Shown: positions 1-10,435 of the stretch, piece after piece | Numbering within the stretch: the first letter of the stretch is position 1 | How the letters are laid out: every line of letters begins with the position of its first letter | Assembly (NCBI GenBank): GCA_963799845.1 | Contig: CAWCYI010000004.1 | Location: forward strand, 416,001-480,000 | Length of the DNA stretch: 64,000 bases | Direction of reading: 5' to 3' | DNA from: an uncultured Nitrososphaerota archaeon | Lineage (GTDB): Archaea; Thermoproteota; Nitrososphaeria; Nitrososphaerales; CADDZS01 | Position numbers and translations under genes: made by a program | Notes under the pieces: model-generated | What the model was told of the DNA's origin: nothing | Database searches by the model: none | What the model saw: only the letters and a program-made list of their open reading frames with translations

Positions 1-770
1 TTATCGTCGCCGCTGTTTTGTATTCGATCCTAGCTTTACTCCTTATTCACTACTTTCGATTCAAATCACCACATCTGACGTGCCGGTAAACATCAACCAA
101 GCGGATTCGTACCTCCTCAAAGGAGTAAATCCGTACGGTCAAAATTACACCATTGATGTTAGGTCAAATCCATACGATGCCAGTGAGAACGACATAGAGA
201 CTGTGAGTATTTTGCAGTATCCACCGGCAATGGTGCTTTACTACTTCCCCTTTTACTTGATGGGGGACATTCGCTACGGCAATCTGCTGGCAGACATCGT
301 GATCTATTTGCTGATCTTGCTATATTTCAAAGGTAGAGACTTTGAGAGCAAGTTTGCCTATCTTTTCCTGTTCAATGGACTGAATCTCATCTCCAACTTC
401 GTTTATGGCGCAAACGACATCGTAGCAGGTCTTTTTGCCGGGATTGCCCATCTATTTTCTGAATAGAAGGGAAAAACTGTCTGCGCTGAGTTATGGCATC
501 AGCCTCATGACTAAGCAACTTTCCATACTGCTGATTCCATATTTTATTCTGAAGGCAACGCAGAGAATCAAATTTCTTTTCATCGTATTCCTTGTCGGTG
601 TGTTGATTATTCTCCCTTTTTCCCCGCATGTCATTTATGATACAATCTTTGGAATATTTTACAGACGGGTTCCACTTCTATCGTATAACCTCGTTTTCTA
701 TCCGTTCTTCTTTATGCCAGTCTTGGATTGGTTTGCGAACAAGAGAAAAAGGCGAGTCAATCCTATTTGA
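1..770 (+). CDS. GT-C fold (GT87/DUF2029-like) membrane glycosyltransferase, 5' partial, broken by apparent frameshifts near 60 and 440
   Basis: Hydrophobic ORFs 80-466 and 435-770 overlap in different frames; motifs TTSDV, GVNPY, QYPP, GANDIV and SLMTKQ are typical of GT87-like proteins. Confidence 0.6.
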
Positions 771-776
771 TCCGAG

Positions 777-1700
777 TTAGTCCTCAATCTGGATTTTGGG
801 TGCTTTCACTTCAGAACCTGCATCGTTCTTTACGAGCCGGCTGCTTATCACTATCGCGCCAAATGCTACAGCGGCCCCACCGATCAAATCAATTAGATAG
901 TGCTGTCCGAGATAGAGTGTTGAGAAAAGTATGCCGACCGTAATCGGTATTGCAAAAAGGCCGTAGGTGTGTTTCAACTTTGTCATGTAGAACCCAAACA
1001 GGATCGCATAAGCCGCATGTAAGCTGGGGAAAGCGGCAAATTTGTCTGAAACAAACGACTTCGTTGCATTGTCTACCGCGGTAATCGCCGGAGCCAGATT
1101 CGAAGGAACTGCAGCAGGTTTCGTCAGCAGATTAACAGCGACACCGAGTTACCACGGCGGGGAAGTCGGAACCAAGAGAAAGATCATCAAAGAAACATAA
1201 GAGGAAATCACAAGCGCGGAGACATACCTTTTGAATAGAATCTTTCGCGAATACCAGAGAGTTATCGCCAGTATCGCGACTAGGGCGAAGTGCAGGCTGT
1301 AGAAGAATGTCGAAAGATCGGTCACGATGTTCGAATAGAAGGCGTTCTGGATTGTCCCGGTTAGATTAAAGCCCCAGAGCTTCTCGTCGATGGAGTAAAT
1401 AGAAAACACTCCCCTGGAAGCAGCCAGAGAACCCGCTATTCCCTGAAGAGCCTCGTAAGAGAGCAAGAGAACCAGAAACGGAACCCAGTCTTTGATGTAC
1501 TCCTTCGTCTTCCCCAGCACAAAGGTCACAGGAATCAGGGCAAGCGAGATTATTCCCAGCGTAGACTGGAGCATTACTCCAAAGTACACGTAGCTCACTA
1601 GAACGATGCTGAAGTAACCGGCGATTAGCAAAAGGTAAACGTTGTATAGAATCCATACGAGTTTTTCCAGAGTCGAGACACTACCCTCCTTCTGACACCC
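777..1700 (-). CDS. PAP2/Aur1-like (inositol phosphorylceramide synthase family) membrane phosphoesterase, interrupted by an in-frame TAA at 1149-1151; start uncertain
   Basis: ORFs 1149-1631 and 777-986 share a frame; reading across the stop gives PTSPPW*LGVAVNLL...FAAFPSLHAAYA...YLGQHYLIDLIGG, the PAP2 C2/C3 motifs. Confidence 0.8.
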
Positions 1701-1917
1701 GGATGGACGATCATCTTACCTGCCAATTTCAGAGGCCCTCAAAAAATGAAAAAAATGTTTAGAAATCGGATATAAAAACCCAAAAACTTCTTTTTGATTT
1801 TAGATTTGAAGAGGATATTATTTGGGAAGGCTGGGATTTTCGAAAAGTTTGGGGTTTTCGCTTTCCAAAGCTAAACTAGTTTAGGTCGGTCATTATCCTT
1901 AGGACTAAGTTAACCAA

Positions 1918-2220
1918 ATGAACGATAGAGCTGCAAAATACGCAGCGATGAAGAGGGCTTCCTCGGCCAAGAAGTCGGGCCCGTTGTTGATCGCATACGT
2001 TTCAAGAACCCCTACGGGCAAAGTACGATTGCGCAAGATCGGCATAAGATTTGAAGGACAGAAGGAAGAGATCGTGGCAGATTTGCGTCTCGACGACCCG
2101 CATCTCGCGCTTGAAAATGATTACAAGGTGAGAAAAGCTGCGCACGAGATTGTCAAAAAATCTGCAAAGTTCGGCAGGTTCTTTGATTCAAGTACAAGGA
2201 TTTCCTATGATACCAGATAG
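1918..2220 (+). CDS. hypothetical protein (basic, 100 aa)
   Basis: ATG ORF after an AT-rich intergenic region, convergent with the next gene (7-nt gap). Confidence 0.6.
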   Translation: MNDRAAKYAAMKRASSAKKSGPLLIAYVSRTPTGKVRLRKIGIRFEGQKEEIVADLRLDDPHLALENDYKVRKAAHEIVKKSAKFGRFFDSSTRISYDTR

Positions 2221-2227
2221 AAAACTT

Positions 2228-3061
2228 CTAGCTTTCGGAATTCGATCGGTCTTGCGTTGGAAGTTTCTTGAAGAACGCACCGTACTTGTCTTGTTGGATC
2301 AACTTTTCTTTAGCCAGTCGGATGCAACTGGCTTCTAGGTCATCGGGATCGAGGCTAGCTCCGTAAGTCTCCTCCAAATCCCTTTCAAGCTGAAAGAAGC
2401 CCTTCCACTTCATATCACCCAACGATTCCAAGACCTTGGAATCCAGTTGATCCCAACTCGGACTAGATTGCACCATCTCCTCTTGCTCCGTTTTCACCTC
2501 GGAAACAGCGGCGTCCTCTATTTGGAGAACCCACTCGTTGATCGCGTTTTGAGCCTCAGCCAAATTGCGTGGTCTGTTCTTTTGAAGAAATTCTGTTTTG
2601 GTGGTAGAGGGACTGTCAGCCGGATTGTGCCACACAACGTTGAGCGACTGTCTGAGAATTCCTCTGTTACCGGCAGCGGTTACGACCTGATCAAGGGGTA
2701 TCGAAAGGGCATCGGGCCTGTCTAGCATTTTTTGTATATCCTCATCCTCAGGTTTCTCCTGCCCTGCGACAAACACCAGTCTACGGTTCGTAAGGAAAAG
2801 TGTCCCCTCCAGAATGGTGAGTGAGTTTCTGCAGATAACGTTCTCTTGCGTCCTGACCACATTTTCCTTCTTGGTGCCTGAAAGGCTTTGACTCGGGACA
2901 TTTTCCATGGAAATTTCGTTTGAGGTGCTTCTCGGTTGTTCTCTCAGCACCGGTCCAGAGGTGAGTTGGTCTTCGTAAATGTATCCGCAATAGGAACAAG
3001 TTTGGGAAGAGGGGTCCCGGCTCGTACCACACATCGGACACACTGAAAGTCTGGCGGGCAA
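2228..3061 (-). CDS. zinc-ribbon + PH/GRAM-like + winged-helix domain protein
   Basis: CPMC...CSYC knuckles; EGTLFLTNRRLVF PH/GRAM-like strand motif; C-terminal wHTH-like segment ending LIQQDKYGAFFK. Confidence 0.7.
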   Translation of the reverse strand: MPARLSVCPMCGTSRDPSSQTCSYCGYIYEDQLTSGPVLREQPRSTSNEISMENVPSQSLSGTKKENVVRTQENVICRNSLTILEGTLFLTNRRLVFVAGQEKPEDEDIQKMLDRPDALSIPLDQVVTAAGNRGILRQSLNVVWHNPADSPSTTKTEFLQKNRPRNLAEAQNAINEWVLQIEDAAVSEVKTEQEEMVQSSPSWDQLDSKVLESLGDMKWKGFFQLERDLEETYGASLDPDDLEASCIRLAKEKLIQQDKYGAFFKKLPTQDRSNSES

Positions 3062-3168
3062 ACGTAAGGTCTTGATTCAGATGGCATTTTCATTCTTTCG
3101 GAGCCCATCCTCGCTCGATCGTTTATAAAATCGTAAAAGCGAAATCTGGAGGATCCAAAGCGTATCAA

Positions 3169-3789
3169 TTGGGACTCGCAAGATTGCTGGATGAGGAGAA
3201 GGATCTCAAGGAGTTGTTGAGTCACAAAAGACTCCGAAGGCTCCTGGTGAGCAATCCAGTCATCCTTGAGTCTGTTGATTCGACGCAGTCATACGCCGCC
3301 AACGAGCTAGAGAGCAATCGTGAAGGCGATGTGGTGATAAGTAAGGTACAAACGGCCGGGAAGGGCCGAGAAGGTAGAACATGGAACTCTCAGAAAGGAG
3401 GCCTTTGGATGACGATAATCCTTCTCCCTCACTCCACTGAAGTCGTCGGAAATATCCCGACCATTGCGACAGAATCAATTGTGAAGACGTTTCGAGATTT
3501 TGGAATCGCAAATTGTAAGATCAAGCCACCTAACGATGTGTTCTGCAACGGGAGAAAAATTGCGGGTGTCCTGGCTGATGGAGTTATCCAGGGTACGAAA
3601 TCGATTGTCTATCTCGGAATGGGAATGAATGTCAACAATGACCCCTCTGAAATTGGGATGATTTCTGAAACCGCAACGAGTCTTTCGAGGGAGACCGGGC
3701 GCAAAGAGAATTTGACGAAATTTGCCGCGATGCTGATTGAGAACTTAGATCGAGAATATGATGAAGATATTCTCGGCGAAAAAGTTTGA
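3169..3789 (+). CDS. birA: biotin--protein ligase (no N-terminal HTH)
   Basis: DSTQ, QTAGKGREGRTW, KPPND, KIAGVL and GMGMNV motifs. Confidence 0.92.
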   Translation: MGLARLLDEEKDLKELLSHKRLRRLLVSNPVILESVDSTQSYAANELESNREGDVVISKVQTAGKGREGRTWNSQKGGLWMTIILLPHSTEVVGNIPTIATESIVKTFRDFGIANCKIKPPNDVFCNGRKIAGVLADGVIQGTKSIVYLGMGMNVNNDPSEIGMISETATSLSRETGRKENLTKFAAMLIENLDREYDEDILGEKV

Positions 3790-4010
3790 AGCTCAATAGT
3801 AAATATATCAGTTGTCTGACCTGAACCCGTCTTTCTTGAAACTCTTGAACCTTTCAGGCCTGCGGGTACAAAACTACCCGACCTAGGGGCCATTCCAGTA
3901 AATCTACTGAAGATGTCAAAAGTAACTCCTCTACTTTACAGTGGCATTAGAATTTGGCCGAAGAGCTCGTTTCAAGCCCTTCGGTACGCAGAATTGCACT
4001 GTTGCGCACG

Positions 4011-4027
4011 TATGCAAAATTTGCATA
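4011..4027. promoter_or_regulatory. 8-bp inverted repeat TATGCAAA-A-TTTGCATA, possible operator
   Basis: Perfect arms with a 1-nt spacer in the roughly 700-bp gap upstream of the mutase genes. Confidence 0.3.
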
Positions 4028-4504
4028 ATAAATCAATGAAATGAATCAATTGCTACAGGAAGTACGATTGGCGAACAGGTACAGCAAGAGGAAAAGACCT
4101 GCGGACCTCCTTTACTCGATTTTCACAAATCCACTGATTGGACCAAGAAAGCAATGCGACTCACTCGCAATTGCATCTAAACGTGAATTAGGGATCGTGT
4201 TTAGTGCATTCCACATGCGTGACGTGATCAGTCTGTTCGCATCTTCCAAGCTCGTCGTTTTCGCTGAATTGGACAAGGCAATGAGTGCAGTAGGTATCCC
4301 TGTCAGCGTTGAATTCTGAACTCGACCGATATTCTTTGTACTTCAAATGTAACCGAGCTTATTACTTCTCGCAAATTAATATTTCTCGAAGAAACGATAT
4401 CAAACTGCCTGCCCGACACCGTTTTTGTAGCTCGGAAAACCACAACCGAAAAATACGCGATGGGAGATTATTGAGTCTGCAAGAATTGGAGACCTCTTTG
4501 TAAA

Positions 4505-6259
4505 ATGACTGATGAATCTTACTGGATTACTAAACTGAAAGAAATTGAAAGGAGGAGGAGCGCGTCTCGAGCTGGCAGTTTCGACGAGACAAGGTTGAAC
4601 GCTCTAAAGGAGAGTGTGAAAAACTGGGAAAAGACAATTCTTGCCCCATATCTGACGGAGACTCCCGAAAGGAAAGAGGTTTTCGAAAATCTCTCCGGCA
4701 TCCCATTGAAGAGGATTTACACACCAGCTGATACTGAAAATCACGATTACAACAAGGACCTTAATATGCCCGGCGAGTTTCCCTACACTCGCGGAGTTTA
4801 CCCTACGATGTATCGGGGCAGGCAATGGACAATGAGGATGTTTTCAGGTTTCGGCACGGCTGTCCAGACAAATAAGAGATTGAAGTATCTTCTGAAGGAA
4901 GGCGAAACGGGACTCTCGATAGCGTTTGATATGCCCACGCTCTATGGTTACGATGCCGACAGCGACAGGGCGGAGGGGGAGGTGGGAAAGTGCGGCGTCT
5001 CAGTCTCATCCCTTGAAGACATGGAGACAATCTTTGACTCGATCCCGCTGGATAAGGTGAGTACGTCGATGACGATCAACGCGCCAGCCGCTGTCTTGAC
5101 CGCAATGTATGCGGCGGTCGGAGAGAAGCAGGGTGTTCCGCTCGACAAGTTACGCGGAACGGTTCAGACCGATATTCTGAAGGAATACATCGCGCAGAAG
5201 GAGTGGGCCTTTCCGCCGGACGCGCATTTGAGAATTATCAGGGACCTGATGATTTTCTGCACCGACAAGATGCCCCTGTGGCACTACATCAGTATCTCCG
5301 GATACCACATCAGAGAAGCTGGGGCTAGCGCGGTTCAGGAACTTGCTTTCACCCTGGCTGACGGGTTTTCTTACGTTGAACTCGGCAAAAACGCCGGCCT
5401 CGATGTTGACTCGTTCGTTCCCCGCTTTTCGTTCTTCTTCAACTGCGACATGGATTTCTTCGAAGAGATTGCAAAGTTTAGGGCAGCAAGACGAATCTGG
5501 TCGAAGGTGATGAAGGAAAAATACGAGGCAAAGAATCCCAGATCCATGATGCTTCGTTTTCACACCCAAACATCCGGAGTCTCACTCACCTGGCAGCAGC
5601 CGTTGAACAATATCATCCGCACGACTATCGAGGCTCTGGCCGCGATTTTAGGTGGAACGCAGTCCCTCCACACCAATTCATACGACGAAGCCTGGGCTCT
5701 GCCCACCCAGGACGCGGTCACGGTAGCGCTGAGGACGCAGCAGATAATCGCAGAGGAGACCGGCGTATCCGACGTTATCGATCCCCTCGGCGGCTCGTAT
5801 TACCTGGAGTGGCTCACGAACCAAATGGAGGAGCAGGCATACCGATATTTCGAGAAAATTTACCAGATAGGCGGAGTACTCGAAGCTATCAAACAGGGTT
5901 ACATTCAGAGAGAAATTGCAAATACTTCGTATCGTAAGACGCAGGAGCTGGAATCCGGCGAGAGGTCTGTGGTCGGTGTAAACAAGTACGAAGTCAACGA
6001 AGAAAAGCCGATTGATTACCTGAAAGTTAACCAGGCACTTCGGAGGAAGGCGATGACAAAATTGCGCTCTCTCAGGAGGTCCCGCGACGAAGTACGGGTC
6101 AGGAGGAATTTGGAAGTTTTGAGAAAGGCGTTCGAAGACCCAGATGCCAACTCTATGTATCCGATCCTCGAGGCGGTCAAATCATACGCGACGCTTCAGG
6201 AGATAATGGATGTAGGACGACAGGTATTTGGCGGATGGAAAGAACCCATCATTGCTTAA
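4505..6259 (+). CDS. icmA: B12-dependent acyl-CoA mutase large subunit, isobutyryl-CoA mutase type
   Basis: [20 protein letters not shown] and [10 protein letters not shown] motifs; RMFSGF (Phe, not the MCM Tyr89) and [14 protein letters not shown] (Gln, not the MCM Arg207). Confidence 0.88.
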   Translation: MTDESYWITKLKEIERRRSASRAGSFDETRLNALKESVKNWEKTILAPYLTETPERKEVFENLSGIPLKRIYTPADTENHDYNKDLNMPGEFPYTRGVYPTMYRGRQWTMRMFSGFGTAVQTNKRLKYLLKEGETGLSIAFDMPTLYGYDADSDRAEGEVGKCGVSVSSLEDMETIFDSIPLDKVSTSMTINAPAAVLTAMYAAVGEKQGVPLDKLRGTVQTDILKEYIAQKEWAFPPDAHLRIIRDLMIFCTDKMPLWHYISISGYHIREAGASAVQELAFTLADGFSYVELGKNAGLDVDSFVPRFSFFFNCDMDFFEEIAKFRAARRIWSKVMKEKYEAKNPRSMMLRFHTQTSGVSLTWQQPLNNIIRTTIEALAAILGGTQSLHTNSYDEAWALPTQDAVTVALRTQQIIAEETGVSDVIDPLGGSYYLEWLTNQMEEQAYRYFEKIYQIGGVLEAIKQGYIQREIANTSYRKTQELESGERSVVGVNKYEVNEEKPIDYLKVNQALRRKAMTKLRSLRRSRDEVRVRRNLEVLRKAFEDPDANSMYPILEAVKSYATLQEIMDVGRQVFGGWKEPIIA

Positions 6260-6302
6260 CAATATGCCCAAATAACTGCCTTGATGATCTAGGTCAGAAC
6301 AA

Positions 6303-6854
6303 ATGTCAACCACTCAATTGCTGGATGACGGTTTAGGCACCAGTCGGGATTCAGCGCTCGGCAGAAGAATAAGAATTCTAGTGGCGAAGCCTGGTCTTGA
6401 TGGCCACGATCGCGGCGCGCTGGTTCTATCGCGGGCTTTTCGAGACGCTGGAATGGAAGTAGTCTATTCCGGCCTGCTTCCGACCCCCGAACAGGTGGCC
6501 CAGATGGCGGTTGACGAAGATGTCGATATAGTTGCGCTCAGCCTGCTCAACGGAGCTCACATGACGGCCTTTCCCAAAGTTGTTCGTTTCCTGAAAGAAA
6601 AGGGTGGCAAGGATATTCTGGTCGTGGGCGGTGGAATAATTCCTGATACGGACAAACCAAAGCTTGAGAAGATGGGAATTACTGGAAATTTTGGTCCCGG
6701 CACCTCTCTGAAGACTATAGTCGAATTCATCAAAGATTCTGTTTCGAAGAACAGAGCAAGACTAGCGAAGGTAGAAAAGAAAAATTCCAAGGTAAGAACA
6801 AGAAGTGCAAGTCGAAAAGGTTCGAAGGGCAGGAGCACCAGACGTTCGAGATAA
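6303..6854 (+). CDS. icmB: acyl-CoA mutase small (cobalamin-binding) subunit with basic C-terminal tail
   Basis: AKPGLDGHDRG (DxHxxG), ALSLL and GGGIIP motifs; directly follows the large subunit. Confidence 0.9.
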   Translation: MSTTQLLDDGLGTSRDSALGRRIRILVAKPGLDGHDRGALVLSRAFRDAGMEVVYSGLLPTPEQVAQMAVDEDVDIVALSLLNGAHMTAFPKVVRFLKEKGGKDILVVGGGIIPDTDKPKLEKMGITGNFGPGTSLKTIVEFIKDSVSKNRARLAKVEKKNSKVRTRSASRKGSKGRSTRRSR

Positions 6855-6921
6855 CTTTGCTGTCGCCGAGAACTCTAGCATCGAATTCTAAAAATTCCTT
6901 CTTCCATTCAGTAGAGAAATT

Positions 6922-7516
6922 TCAATCCTCACGTGCAATTTTTGATACTTTCTTCAGATCATCTTCTAGCAAGGTCCTCAGGGAGCGATTTCGAAAAACC
7001 GAAGCAGGGTGGTAGGTCGGAAACACAGGAATTTCCGATTTTCGCGAGTGTGCAAGTCTGCCATGATTCGGCCCCATTTTCTTCTCTCCGGTGAAGTACT
7101 CGAAGAGCTGTCGCGCCGAGCGTGCAGATAATTTTGGGTTTTAGTATGTCGAGCTGTTTCTCCAGATAGTTCGAAGTACAAATGACGATTTCGTCAGGTT
7201 TTGGCTTTCGATTTTTGGGGGGCCTGCATTTTACGATATTTGTAATGTAAACCTGATTCCTTTCGAGTCCTGCGACTTGCAGGAGTTCATCCAGGAGCTT
7301 TCCCCCTCTCCCAACAAACGGTTTCCCTTGAAGATCCTCGTTTTTACCCGGCCCCTCGCCGATAAAGACTACACTCGGATTCTCGATATTGCCGGAACCC
7401 GGCACTGCTTTTGTTCGGGTCTCACAAAGCCTGCAAAGCATGCACGAGCCGATTTTTTCATCCATCCGCTTCATCAGTCGAGTACCTTTAGAATATTCAC
7501 TTATCACGGGATTCAC
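6922..7516 (-). CDS. udg: uracil-DNA glycosylase family 4 (Fe-S), frameshift near 7105
   Basis: CMLC, GEGPG, PFVGRGG and NIVKCRPP; the alternative frame gives FPTYHPASVFRN and stops at 6922. Confidence 0.9.
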
Positions 7517-7739
7517 TTTCCTTTAGGATTAAAGTGCTGGTTTTGTTGTATCTCCTGAAAAATCGGCAGGGCGATAGATATCGCTCAAAGAGTCGGTTGG
7601 CTTCGTCAACGAGTGATTGAGTCCAATAAGAATTAGTCGATTAATCAAGAAAATGCTTTCGATGCTTTCAAGAATCGTTCCCAGATGGAATTCTCACTCG
7701 CAAATTTCTTATGTGCAAATTCGAACAGATATAATGGGC

Positions 7740-7871
7740 ATGAGCAAGCGCAAATCTGTCGGAAAGGAGACTTCTGGTGGCGCTCAAAGAATACTTCAGC
7801 TTTTGGACGCAGAATTTGAGAAGTGGATGGATTCGGTCGAGCGAGCCGGGTTGAAGCTCAAAGCATCCTGA
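7740..7871 (+). CDS. small hypothetical protein (may continue via a frameshift to about 7972)
   Basis: MSKRKSVGKETSGGAQRILQLLDAEFEKWMD reads as an amphipathic helix; an overlapping frame continues RVEAQSILSEDGAL... Confidence 0.35.
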   Translation: MSKRKSVGKETSGGAQRILQLLDAEFEKWMDSVERAGLKLKAS

Positions 7872-8055
7872 GTGAAGACGGAGCCCTCTGCGCTTTGTCT
7901 GACAGAATGCTTCCGAGTCTCAAAAAGAGAATTCTGAGGCACGCAGAGAAGGATCCCGATGTGATGAACTAGGACATGTACTCCTGTCTAGCATCCTCCA
8001 AATCCGGAAGGAATTGAACTGTGAAATTATTTGAACGTACAAGGCTTGGCCTTCA

Positions 8056-9232
8056 TCATTGAACTCCAATTCGATTCAGGATTAGTTTGCTAGCTATTTC
8101 TGCTCCGGCAGAAAAGTCAGGAGATGGATAGGACTTGGCCAAAGCTTGATTGATAGCGCTAACGAGCGATTTGACGCTCATCTGCTCGTATTTTAGCACT
8201 GCAAATCCATATTCCTCCGAAAATCTTCTTGCATTAGCCTCTTGTTCAAAATGGTTTGAAATTGGAATCGCAACACATGACGTACCAAGAGATGCAACTT
8301 CGTTCAGGGTCGACGCTCCTGCCTGACAGACTACACAGTCTGCAGCCTTGAAATATTGAATGCTGTCCGGTGTAAAAGAGACGAACCGAACCGGATCCGA
8401 ATTGTCGACTTTGTATTCTGATTTCCCAATCCTTGGGCCGAGAAGAACGATTATCCGACAATTCAGACTCTCTTGAAATTTCACGGAAGTTCACGAAAAG
8501 AAAATCGACCAGGACTTTCCCAGTCGAAGTTCCGCCGACAGAGGCAACGATCAATTTCTTGTTATCTGGTTCGTCGCCAAATTCAGTCGAGATTATTTTA
8601 TTCCTCAGCTCTGCCTTCGATGCAAACGGCAGTTTGGGCAGTATTGGTCCCACGACTTCGAAATCGGCTAATCTCGAACGTATCTTCGGGGAAACCGAAT
8701 CCGGATTGTCGGCAAAAATCCTGAGTGAAGCTTTTGAGAAAGCTCTCACAAGCATCCGGTTCGCGTACCATGTTATTATCCGACTCAAAGGGCTCAGGCT
8801 GCGTCCGGACTCAAACTGCAGATAATCTGTGATTATGATTCTAAAAGCTGGGAGTTTCGGATTTTTGTCCCACATGAAGCAAAACATCGTCTCCGCGAAC
8901 TCGTCTTGAATGAGCACGTCAAAGTTGGCTAATTGTTCCTTCAACAGTGTATAGTTAGTGCGGGCGATGGAGGAAGAGTTCCTCGCAACACGCGACATAT
9001 CGTCGAGCCGGCCGGAACTGACGCCTTTCTCCATAACAGGGCTCAGCGATTTGAGCTCCCTTGAAACTGGCAGGATTTTCTCACCCTCACTCTCAAGAAA
9101 CGAAATACCGGGCTCTGCAGTGATCCAGCTGATTTCGATGTCGCTTCGAATCTCCCGAAGGTTTCTTGCCAGAGTGAGGCTCCTTCTCGCGTGGCCGAGT
9201 CCTACCGAGGAAACTCCGTAGACTATTCTCAT
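8056..9232 (-). CDS. glycosyltransferase family 28 (MurG-like GT-B), frameshift near 8480
   Basis: N-terminal GLGHARRS and SVGGT; the second ORF carries QAGASTLNE and HFEQEANA. Confidence 0.85.
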
Positions 9233-9258
9233 TGAAAGCCAGAAAATTCCAGACGGCT

Positions 9259-10368
9259 TTAGACTTCAATCAAATCTCTGGAGGCGGTCGTTAGGACTCT
9301 AGGTTTTCCTTTCGTAACAAGTACATCGTCTTCAATTCGCACTCCTCCGAAGCCGGGTAAGTAAATCCCCGGTTCGACCGTCAGAACCATTCCTGGCTTT
9401 AGTTTCTTTTTGTACCTGGGGGAAAGACCGGGGCCGTCGTGCACGGATAATCCCAGGGAGTGGCCCAAAGAATGGATGAATCTTCCTTTGTACTCGGTCG
9501 AATCAATTAGAGCTGCGACTTTTGAGTGCACAAACTCACCGGTGTTTTCGGGAGTGCAAAGCTCGGTTCCGAGTTCAAGCGCGCGCCTGATCAGTTCGTA
9601 CATTTCCTTTTGTTTCTTTGATGCTGCTCCAAAGACCAGTGTTCGAGTAATGTCGGAACAGTAGCGACGGTACTTCGCGCCGTAATCACAGAGGACAAAC
9701 CGCCCACTCCTCAACTTCGCATCTCCTGCTGCGTAGTGAGGTTCCGAGCTGTTTTTCCCAAATGCAATTATGGAATCAAAAGAAACACTGCTTGCTCCGG
9801 CTTCTTGCATATCAAAAGCCATCTGGGCGGCAACAGAGCTCTCGGTAACTCCCTCGGACAACATCGAGGGTATCTTCCGGTAAGTGGCAGAAGCAATGTC
9901 GCACGCTTTCTTGATGAGTAAGATCTCGCTTTCGTCTTTGACGAGTCGTGCCGCCTCGAATGCTTCCGATTCATCCAGTAATTCTGATCCTTTGAAAATA
10001 GATTTGATCTGAAGGTATGAACCATACGTAAGCTCGGACGAGTTGAGTCCAATCGATTTGAGGCCGTTTCCCGCAAATGAAGCTAGTCTCGACCTCATGT
10101 GGTCTTTATCCGGTTCCGTAAACACCTCAATTTCGGTCGAATGGGCTCTTGCTATGGGCTCCTCAAGCGGAGAAGTAACCAGTGATATTCTTCCGTTTCT
10201 TTCTGCGATCAGGAATGAGCTCTCAAACAAGCCATAGGGAAACCCGGTAACGTAGAAGAAAGAAGCGTCTAGATGGGGTTCCACTCCGTTCGCGATGATG
10301 AAGGAATCTGGCCCCTCCATCTGTTCGAAAATTTTCTGAACTCTCAACTTTGGACTGATTTTGGACAT
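9259..10368 (-). CDS. pepQ: Xaa-Pro peptidase (M24B)
   Basis: DYGAKY..YCSDITRT, HSLGHSLGLSVHD, TVEPGIY and GVRIEDD. Confidence 0.93.
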   Translation of the reverse strand: MSKISPKLRVQKIFEQMEGPDSFIIANGVEPHLDASFFYVTGFPYGLFESSFLIAERNGRISLVTSPLEEPIARAHSTEIEVFTEPDKDHMRSRLASFAGNGLKSIGLNSSELTYGSYLQIKSIFKGSELLDESEAFEAARLVKDESEILLIKKACDIASATYRKIPSMLSEGVTESSVAAQMAFDMQEAGASSVSFDSIIAFGKNSSEPHYAAGDAKLRSGRFVLCDYGAKYRRYCSDITRTLVFGAASKKQKEMYELIRRALELGTELCTPENTGEFVHSKVAALIDSTEYKGRFIHSLGHSLGLSVHDGPGLSPRYKKKLKPGMVLTVEPGIYLPGFGGVRIEDDVLVTKGKPRVLTTASRDLIEV

Positions 10369-10435
10369 GAACGCGCACGACTGTAAAGATGGCAGAGAAA
10401 AAGTCTTTTGGATGCCGCTGTAACTCTTGTGATAG

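Noticed and set aside
4505-6259. Methylmalonyl-CoA mutase of a 3HP/4HB carbon-fixation cycle
   Set aside because: The specificity residues are Phe/Gln rather than Tyr/Arg, and the context is catabolic
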